Below, piece after piece: positions 60,401-64,000 of a DNA stretch of 64,000 nt. The translations under genes were made by a program, and so were the position numbers. The notes below the pieces were generated by a model. The model searched no databases, was not told the origin of the DNA, and saw nothing but the letters and a program-made list of their open reading frames with translations. Source of the stretch: a virus; the IMG/VR virus record IMGVR_UViG_3300024264_001700, positions 21,586 to 85,585 of that record; one strand, 5' to 3'. Numbering within the stretch: position 1 is the stretch's first letter; each line of letters begins with the position of its first letter.

Positions 60401-61232
60401 TTTCAGCATCGTCTTGAAAACTAACTATACCGTCTGCAGGTATTACAAAAAAATCACCTGGTTCAGACACAGCACCCTCTTCGTTATATATAACTGAATT
60501 ATATAAATCGGGGCCACTTGAATCATCTCTTCTGCCAGTTAGTAATGCTGACCCGGGTGTAAAAGTTCGTGATAACGCAAATGCCATAGGATGACCCGGA
60601 GTATCTATTTCAAATTTATAAGTCTGTCCTCTATATAATTTTAAGTTAGGATTTCTACTAAATCCATTTGGAGAAAATACATAAGCAAAATTATCGTCGT
60701 CTTCTTCTAATGTAACTGTGTATGTACTCTCAATTCCTCTTTCTTGACCTTGTATTGCAACAGGCTGCGGTCCTTCAGGTATCCAGTAATATTCACGAAA
60801 GTTTACAAATTTATCCCAGTCAATGCCAGGGTTCCATGCATACGACTCTTGAGAGTTTAATTTGCTGTGATTAGCAACTGATCCTGAAAAATTATTTACA
60901 GAATTGATATAATCAACATAGTCTCCATAAAATTTTACATTGCCTAAATTATCTTCTATTACAGTTGCAGGTTCAAATTGATAGTTTTCTCTATCTGATG
61001 ATATATCTCCGATATAATTATCTGTAGTAGTATTATATGATTTGGCATGCTTTCTTCCAAAATATCCTGATAGTTTTTCTGCTGTGCCTGGTTGTGTTAA
61101 TTGATCTAGTGTTGCTTGTAAAAAATTAATATTTGCAGTAGTTCTAAAGAATTTTGGTAATAGATTACTTGTTTTTCTTTCAGAATCTCCAGGAACTGGC
61201 AAACTGTATTCGTTTTGATTATTATTAGACAT
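45486..61232 (-). CDS. giant (5248 aa) multidomain virion structural protein, baseplate-associated
   Basis: Uninterrupted 15.7-kb ORF coupled (TAATG) to the baseplate wedge gene. Contains NPGSGY-type repeats, CBM5/12-like repeats, FG-GAP-like propeller blades and C-terminal beta-sandwich repeats. Confidence 0.85.
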   Translation of the reverse strand: MSNNNQNEYSLPVPGDSERKTSNLLPKFFRTTANINFLQATLDQLTQPGTAEKLSGYFGRKHAKSYNTTTDNYIGDISSDRENYQFEPATVIEDNLGNVKFYGDYVDYINSVNNFSGSVANHSKLNSQESYAWNPGIDWDKFVNFREYYWIPEGPQPVAIQGQERGIESTYTVTLEEDDDNFAYVFSPNGFSRNPNLKLYRGQTYKFEIDTPGHPMAFALSRTFTPGSALLTGRRDDSSGPDLYNSVIYNEEGAVSEPGDFFVIPADGIVSFQDDAENISTLYPDGIRKLNEDDEEIATLYIEKGTIEFTIPDNAPDKLFYISKNDVNTSGNIRVYDIEENTTIDIAAEILGKKEYTTKDGWSVSNGMKVYFLGDTVPQSYETGQYYVEGVGDKIRLVNTIDLIIPASYSENKLVPFDSQGFDILPWSNNNSYPATKDYIVSNRAAIDKNAWSRYNRWIHRDVIDKSAEINLTQVNIDEDARAKRPIIEFESGLKLFNFGTFAKKDIDLIDDFTTDVFSIIEGSSGYNIDGVDITEGMRILFTADTDILVKDKIYTVKFLNFQGYRQISLFETDDSNPLDLETVLVTKGTNNAGKSYHFTNNKWNLGQLKTKTNQPPKFDLCCPNGNDFGDSTIFEGSNFTGTKLFSYREGTGTPDEELGFPLSYRTIDNSGDIVFDFNLLSDTFTIQSETGTSTVYTDNAYLRKYTSREDFKYQNGWASQPTITKQYVIRQYTSTLQQNNNFEIDVYENSTLLTDLKVKVFVNDRFQKENVDYQIDRINKKTFVTFTNDLKENQIVIIKTLSNSPKSKNGFYEIPNNLERNPLNENVVDFTLGEVVDHVNTMIGEIPKFDGTYPGKSNLRDLGDLDKFGTRFMKHSGPVNLANYHLNSQEHNIVSALRFSKQEYAKFKRQLIQTSTKLGYSGPVIQHLNKILLEINKDKTSNMPFYFSDMISYNTGKRLVYEVLDDSNPFFAISNAYDDSIISTTAVNVYLNGTQLLKGRDYTFSSEGFAVIVADKEVGDTIEIYEYSSTDGSYVPPTPTKLGLYPSYEPKIYIDDRFREPTRVIQGHDGSITVAFNDYRDDLLLEFEKRIFNNIKVDYNPNIFDINDYVGGFYRDTKFTKQEIDNTLLIDFLQWNQIVDEDYTENSFYNRSDKFLINYSSMTGPNDETLPGFWRGIYKQAYDTDRPHSHPWEMIGFTIKPSWWDEVYGVAPYTKNNLVLWEDLQEGLIREPGKLPIRNPKYIRPGLVSHIPVDDRGNLTAPLESNFAKNYVASYTRQRFTFGDSAPVEAAWRNSSEYPFAILLSYLLNQPAKVLGTAFDISRMSRNFCGQLVYTPTGKSIELEKIKFPNTYNDDERIYTSGLVNYQYNYISGYVTKVYEDYTNNVKSIKNKMGFKIAGFSNKDKFKLILDSRTPYNQGNVFVPEENYKIFLHKSTPIDIASYSGVIVEKSASGYIIKGYDPAKPQFSYYKPITSFSDPAISVGGVSEEFVKWQPEKNYYKGQVVEDGTVFYRVIKNYKSNAQFDDTNLARLSEAPVVGGKSATVAQKFSSITSYLNYGETLRTSQEVVDFLIGYGEYLNKLGFKFEQFAGSNNIKNWTYAVREFLFWTTQNWAPGNALSISPSAELIDFERAFVTVDNLNNNFYDYGLILNADGNQIKSDISRIARSATGFSIGLANTEDGVYHIKLPLVQKEHVVLLDNTTQFSDIIYKPSTGYRQERIKVSGYRSDKWNGTLNAPGFVFDDAKVTEWQEWQDYVIGDLIKYKEFYYVALENIPGNETFSTSKWQILDERPKSQLLTNFDYRISEFTDFYDLDSDNFDIEKQKLAQHLLGYQNRKYLSNIINDDVSQYKFYQGFIQEKGTKNALDKLFDALNTADKDSLEFYEEWAIQVGRYGSVDKKEELEIVLDEQSMLLSPQPIELVDYLPQDNTDKVYRQRPFELYHKSKNYNNSPFPTTAKFDEYIKSSGYVYNGDVDFKVVNFEDIIYANVNQLIEDQYIWSPIDNNTWNVHQFTRLNLTLVGTSEVNLNLTTTPDSDYPLVRFTFNKFPTDIAIGDYISVINAELFGIVNFYKVIQKNRNDVIVEWPLQKDFPEFVDVDHNDDLDLKVVGLRSVRSTDLDSANAILQQNKALNQQIWVDDIDGDSNWGVYRNEEVYNLQSSVENPTTDDGSFHDYASTLDVTSNNRNMVVGSPKELDGRVHVYRRSNDISSWTLDQTLTSGGDIFSSDEAESGYGTSVAYTPDGNYLFVGSPTASNVRTRYKENFDPFLPYSKSDIVNYKESLWRANRDILPAIGSQSYNTFGSYTDFINDDTVDSTLLALLITGTPGLNNNYVNNPETGRGHVLVRAPLQQYLASSVGDTIHLQYNLYSKNNPNINDAYEPWNNLLDIKATDLTGAFEIKNKVEVIVRIPEYTVLPIIGDFLETTTAAGTVVFVGEQGGTTVLYLENTTGVFEQTGVMFVNDDNLVGTYSLIAENLTPDVVGGFWLIETDPYNNGTEFYDTGNGLVYVDLVRSEESRVKNQYFNLLNTTSTIGDYTGIKKQASQILNLSYSGNPYNTPADYPADIFVFRTPNTDEFNSIVSGESIKLELQSNENFTTDLTQFGFQDSIINKSHDVFDIWDGFIEFEYSEFDFNGDPFEPQARYHYVGNVLTERPNGGDIIVDKQIPFNEFGGLALTSYNTSAAEVMFYQRDFLRVRVYVKILQEYDGTTYGGNFELYNTNIARYEFTRLGNDLYRGAADPDRDMGVIDSVDVGFSLVNTADNIGKLFVVKNNVINDSTGTFFMPLVENADLVNDEYWLYNEQTRSGDSRSASLPSSFNKDYTQVYNIPVDSFGEKKFDNEGVISVYRRSENGAYTYIRSIVSRYRGNDRKFGSRINVKQVNSKYYISVSSEGDESLNNFGTIEFLTHGLDDEQSLRYRGKFDLNLDYVQGDIVVFRGEYYETLINFIQDINNPILVTNNLYWKNISFVYGIDKDYRGEYDPVIPYRAGEIVKYDGPDSGNNRLFVAKTNISANSSFNYFQWDIVPTGIDYLGYIPNNSGFVAYDFADFDKNASYNVDSIVVYNEKLYKANDDITPNSIELNRRFNPNEWTEQFNAKDEVFFDPETNIIRFGEKFELSTTGDVLITTSTQETNSTPETIVLVYRKINDKFYLDQSIYPDIPNTGFANSISISPDGNTIAIGEPFDDINKIDQGKVHVYQFNGTRFTKGQMLYSPSNEESELFGFTVAATNNGIFITSANGDSVIPTIFDTGETAFDNNFTRFAGSNKDSGVVYHYEKIEQKYLFAEDLVLRDKDAILLGENLKINNNHVYMGMTNMILNDYDVFSKNKSYKKGSIVEYDGIAYVANADITPGLVIEDRDFDNTEWTRTAPIILPDGTLNQKSRGTVLEYRKDSGKTAWTKTREKIAPVDTSKIENIFLYNKRTDQILTYLDWIDPIQGKIAGPAEQELTYKIPFDPARYNVSAVAGVYDEEKFWAEENVGKLWWDISEARFTYPYQGDTIYQNGAFNKLEFNTSVDVYEWVESEFTPSEYDEIADTEEGLLKGVSGQSIYSDAIYTQKTFYDSVSNAYFVKNYFWVKNKATVPSLEDRTISALDVTKLITNPSAQGYRHVNFLSANRLTMHNISSFINNKDIVLSIRWTEDTIDQNVHNQYQIISEGLETSRLNTEIEQKWFDSLVGYDTNLKVVPDITLSPKYRYGNKFRPRQSMFVNREEALKQVIERVNMILKKNIIADLYNLSPLSQAQVAPTQLSSQYDAVIDTTSELQFVGISKAEQAILEPVIQNGRIVRVRIINPGRGYKVAPTYSIIGNGNGASFDITINNLGQITNINVESQGNNYESNTLISVRPFSVLVNNDSTVFGKWSIYRLNYDEKTWFRYQVQEFDVNLFWNYIDWYQEGINEFTDIDYEVDQSYELLGLEATIGDTVKIANISTGGWLLLRKIANESVDDYTVNYETIGRQNGSIQFSDALYDLAGNSIGYDNRSYDSYFYDSQPIKETRIILETIRDNLFVDNLSVEYNKLWFASLRYIFSEQNNVDWAFKTSFIKGKHNKGVLDQPRNFQNNTLPSYTDFINEAKPYSSTIREFVTDYDAFDNTRSSTTDFDLPPFYSENTKSIQTSKVKAQETQLIGIDDIMLEYPRKHWLDNVGYEITQIKIANPGSGYLTKPKVIITGGGGQNATAEAYISQGKIVEIKVTNAGSGYISKPDIEIIGSQEDDGTSATASVILGNGLARTANIKVKFDRISGNVYIAELTESETYYGTGSKFVFDLNFPMDLNNTKVKVLIDNKEQLRSRYTFANTENLDKTYTREQGQIIFTTPPNVGAEIVIDYYKPISMLTAQDRLAYGYNPTTGMFGIGENNDGSMNFAQLMDGVDYGGVEVRSFDFEGPAGWGSGEWYSTSWDIYDNTYEDEIFTFDGSTISIKLSQPLEQDTEYNVYLNGVRIDDPNFDSGKFDYTGVIINSLIGDGTTDTIFLDELGIIVADGDVLIIRKNTSDGSVTPDTESYDTALSGGDLNYQTAQGINAEDIIVDGDGFVTPTTSKGPEELVPGQLVDTLDIKVYHREGDGQGKIYSQSYKTDGTVEFNLELTPSTKDAVIVKLDNVILSNDKYTIDFVNNTVTLNEVPDSEKELNIITISAGQQKILTADAFVGDGVKYEVIVDVDYTDLLDVFATIDGVQVSTTLVNYDSTDSTNKNLKGNLLIRFDTPPSENAQVNYIVFYDNTKINYSQVTKDVFKGDGSSVLYNLTQSPLYKLPTQHNTIIKVDNKILNPGYNKQFVVDSNNRIVEYDELSEELVGTTQYSLDLFQQPGASITVNDLLVILNGETITFPAQWRFDIFNNAIELTPGTGNEGDILEIYVVTDGEYTIDGTDVTFKVPPADNSLIEVIKFTNHDILQTERINLDVVARSIISEGQDEFVIYHRLTRGEIELRYPAIDAQYVWVSINGELLSPTVDYHITSDLKKVQLLELPNPNDVIDIIHFAAPVVTNTFAFRQFKDMLNRTHFKRLDSATTTLSQDLNYYDLRIEVIDGTKLPEPNKGKNIPGVIFIEGERIEYLVKEGNLLRQLRRGTLGTGTKDIINAGTNVFDQGISKTIPYRDQIITQNFTTDGISSNFALDFVPNNLNEFEVFYAGRRLRKNEIDIFDQTLALDSSEGDVLTPGEFILPEFDFTDNTRPLSPTIGTQHMQSEYIFTWNGISWKSNSLILNFVPQENLQVTVVRKIGKTWTTPGESLVESNNNIARFVRDSDSGLLE

Positions 61233-64000
61233 TAGTAACTATAACCTCCTGAAGAGCTACTTGAATTTGATACAAGAACATTCGATTGTACTCCTGTATT
61301 ATTTTGTGCAGTTGCACTAACTACTTTTCCATCTACTTTTAATTTTTTAGCTGAAATTTCATTAATTACTTCAATGTCCGAAACAGTTGCAGCATTAATG
61401 AATACTTCGTCTGGTTCAGATTTTATTTCAAACAAACTTCCAAATACCTGTGAATCTTGTTTTGGTACAATTAATAAACTTGCAATATTAGGACTCATAT
61501 TACTCATAATATATGTGCTAAGTTCTTGGAAGTAAAATGTATCTCCAAAATCCCAGTTTTCAGATGCAAAAAACTTATTAATATAATCAACTACTGTTGA
61601 CTTTAATTGATTATCATTTAAAACTATACTAGGATTTTTTACAATTTTAAATGTTACTTGTAATTCTTCGATTGCTTTATCTCCAAATAATGGTTTATAT
61701 TTTACAGGATGATAAATTATTTCATCGCTTATACTTTTTATTTGGTTCAGTTGACCACTGTAATTTAAGAATAATTGATCACTACTTTGAGGTATAGGTT
61801 TTATATCTAATTCATTAGAAAGCCAAAGCCTATACTGTACATCATAATCTCTTGTTAAAAGGTAGGTATCTATAATATTTGATAACGCAGGATCAATACG
61901 TTGATCATTGTCAGCTGTATGTAAATAATGAAACTTAATTTTTTCTCTACCCACATATGCTCTGTAGTCACTTGTAACATAAGTATTATTCTTTATTTTA
62001 TCAATATACTTGAATACATTTGTCTCAATAATATAAAAGACTTGCTTATCATTATATACACTAAAAGATCCTATGTTAGATTCTGTCGAAACTATTATAA
62101 TTGTGTTATTACTGTTATCGAAATATTTAAAATCTTCTGTTTTATCCTCAGTAATATATTTTTCTTGGAATATAAACTTATTAGCAATATTAGTTGAAGG
62201 GCTAACAATTTCTTCAAATAATTCTATATCGTCATATACACCATCATCGTCAGAATCAAAGAATGTAACTTCAATTTTTTTACTTTCGATATATCCTGAA
62301 CTATCTCTATACGCATCTGATATTGACCATGCAAAATCTCTTGTAAACGGCATTAATTCATCAGGCTTTTTATTAATATTCAATACATTAATTTTATCTT
62401 TAATTGTTTTACCTGTTTTACTATCATATATTTTATCAGCACTATCAAAATAAAATTTAATTTCACTGTCACTTTCAAAAATGTATCTTAAATTTCTATA
62501 ATTTACATTATAAGTCTCGCCGTCAGTTTTAAAGTAAAAAATCCAACTTGAATCTAAATTTTGTTCACTAGTGTTTCCGGCTTTTCCTAAATTAAATTCG
62601 TTTACGGTATCAATGTTTTCTGCTAAAATAATTTTCCACTGTCTATCAAATTGATCGTAACGTAATCCAAAATCATTATATGCAAATGTTTGATCGATAA
62701 TTTGAACAATTACATCTGGTAAAAGATTTTCAGCAAGCTTTGGTCTTATTTCTGTAAGTACTGCTCCTTGAGGTACATTGTCGTTTAAGTATATCGGTCC
62801 TAATGTAGAATCTAAATCTTTACCGTCATCGGTTATACTAATAACTTTAGTCCATATGTATTCTTTGCTTCCTGGATGATCAGCATCGCCTAGCATAAGA
62901 GTATTGTCTTCCATAAAATGATAACCGGACGGTGCTAAAAACTTTAACATAGTTTCTGCTTCTAATAGTCTTAGACTATTAGCAGTAAATGTACCTACTG
63001 CTAACGGATCTCCGTCAGTATCACTCAAATTACCTGTGGTTAAATTAGTATCATTTGTACGTGAATTCCATGAAGCATTTAAATCATCAACTATAATTTT
63101 ATTGTACTTAGAAAGATAAAAATTCTTAATATTGTTTGAAGATAAAATTGGTGTTATAGTATTGTATATAAATCCTTCAATATCTGACTGTGTAGTAAAA
63201 TTAAATTTCTTTAAAATATTATAATCTTCTTTATACAGAATTCCATCGTTAGCATATAAATTTGTAGAACTATATTTTCCAGTAGTGTCTTTTAAATCAA
63301 AATATCTACTTATTCCACTACTTAATCTGTTAACTGATTTTACCTTTGTTATGTCTTGACTCACTGCGAGTGGGCCTACATTATAATCTTCAGCTGTAAT
63401 CATTCTATTTTGAGTGTAGTAAGTAGCTGGAGCATTTTGTTTAATTTCAGCATTAGTTTCAGCAGGTGAAGAATTTGATACATTTGTTTTTAAACTAAGT
63501 GTAATTGTAAGTGTTTCTGAATTATTAGCTTTTGAAATATAAGGTATTTCAATGTTTATATTTGCCATACCTGCTGGAGATATATTCATAAATCTATTAG
63601 CACTTGTTCTATAATATAGCTTATAATTCCCGCCTGGAATATTGCCAAAGACACCGTCTGCAAAAATTAAATTAATTCTGTCATCAACTCTTGACCCTAC
63701 AGCAAAAATATTTTTAATTTTTTTGAATAAACTATTATAAATTACATTGTTACCTTCAACAGTATCAACCTTAGTCCATAATTCTGTTTCAAATCCGTTT
63801 AGATCTAACCCGTATAACCAAACATCACTATTATTAATATTAGGAGTGTCTATAGATACAATTTGATTTGGCGTAGGATTACTAACAGCAAAATTTCCAA
63901 TTTTCAAATCTCCTTGACGGAAATGCATAAAAAATCCTGTATTAGAACTACCGGCGCCTTTGCCATCGTCTCTATATAAAAATGCTGGATTATTATATAG
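61232..64000 (-). CDS. baseplate wedge protein, T4 gp6-like (5'-truncated by window edge)
   Basis: LIFADGVFGNIP, ETNAEIKQNAP..YYTQNRMITAEDY gp6/baseplate-J motif. Frame stays open from 63928 to 64000 (LYNNPAFLYRDDGKGAGSSNTGFF). Confidence 0.85.
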   Translation of the reverse strand, partial: LYNNPAFLYRDDGKGAGSSNTGFFMHFRQGDLKIGNFAVSNPTPNQIVSIDTPNINNSDVWLYGLDLNGFETELWTKVDTVEGNNVIYNSLFKKIKNIFAVGSRVDDRINLIFADGVFGNIPGGNYKLYYRTSANRFMNISPAGMANINIEIPYISKANNSETLTITLSLKTNVSNSSPAETNAEIKQNAPATYYTQNRMITAEDYNVGPLAVSQDITKVKSVNRLSSGISRYFDLKDTTGKYSSTNLYANDGILYKEDYNILKKFNFTTQSDIEGFIYNTITPILSSNNIKNFYLSKYNKIIVDDLNASWNSRTNDTNLTTGNLSDTDGDPLAVGTFTANSLRLLEAETMLKFLAPSGYHFMEDNTLMLGDADHPGSKEYIWTKVISITDDGKDLDSTLGPIYLNDNVPQGAVLTEIRPKLAENLLPDVIVQIIDQTFAYNDFGLRYDQFDRQWKIILAENIDTVNEFNLGKAGNTSEQNLDSSWIFYFKTDGETYNVNYRNLRYIFESDSEIKFYFDSADKIYDSKTGKTIKDKINVLNINKKPDELMPFTRDFAWSISDAYRDSSGYIESKKIEVTFFDSDDDGVYDDIELFEEIVSPSTNIANKFIFQEKYITEDKTEDFKYFDNSNNTIIIVSTESNIGSFSVYNDKQVFYIIETNVFKYIDKIKNNTYVTSDYRAYVGREKIKFHYLHTADNDQRIDPALSNIIDTYLLTRDYDVQYRLWLSNELDIKPIPQSSDQLFLNYSGQLNQIKSISDEIIYHPVKYKPLFGDKAIEELQVTFKIVKNPSIVLNDNQLKSTVVDYINKFFASENWDFGDTFYFQELSTYIMSNMSPNIASLLIVPKQDSQVFGSLFEIKSEPDEVFINAATVSDIEVINEISAKKLKVDGKVVSATAQNNTGVQSNVLVSNSSSSSGGYSY

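Noticed and set aside
45486-61232. Tape-measure protein or intein-containing polyprotein
   Set aside because: Sequence is beta-rich and aromatic/acidic rather than Ala-rich helical; no intein splice or LAGLIDADG motifs noticed.
122-62453. Many short ORFs (60-130 aa) antisense to or nested in long genes
   Set aside because: They lie wholly or mostly within well-supported genes, show no motifs, and read as shadow frames.
1-64000. Stop-codon reassignment, tRNA genes or sizeable ncRNA
   Set aside because: Standard-code ORFs tile nearly the whole window with TAA, TAG and TGA all used as stops. Intergenic gaps are under 80 nt and show no cloverleaf.

Overview
AT-rich, very gene-dense segment of a large tailed-phage (jumbo myovirus-like) genome. 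It uses the standard code, and I found no tRNA, CRISPR array or mobile element. Left end (+ strand, 1-5116): a MoxR-type AAA ATPase, a metallopeptidase/vWA partner, four small hypothetical genes and an Mtd_N-type tail-fibre-like gene. Right end (- strand, 37133-64000): a virion module with a partial gp6-like baseplate wedge, a 5248-aa structural protein, three paralogous tail-fibre/collar proteins and two further paralogous structural proteins. Between these virion genes lies a ~32-kb, almost wholly minus-strand island of 38 tightly packed genes. It encodes 12 radical-SAM enzymes in three subfamilies, 11 2OG-Fe(II)/cupin oxygenase-like proteins (two TauD-like with non-canonical iron triads), 5 glycosyltransferase-like proteins, a sulfotransferase, a methyltransferase, a kinase-like protein, a QueC-like PP-loop ATPase, a fatty-acid desaturase, a GNAT-like protein, an inverted nitroreductase and three hypotheticals. 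This phage-borne tailoring cluster of unknown substrate is the main finding; my best hypothesis is glycosylation and hypermodification of virion proteins. Several sigma70-type promoters (two apparently leaderless) and T4-late-like ATAAATA motifs subdivide the region. All product calls come from motifs read by eye, with no database searches.
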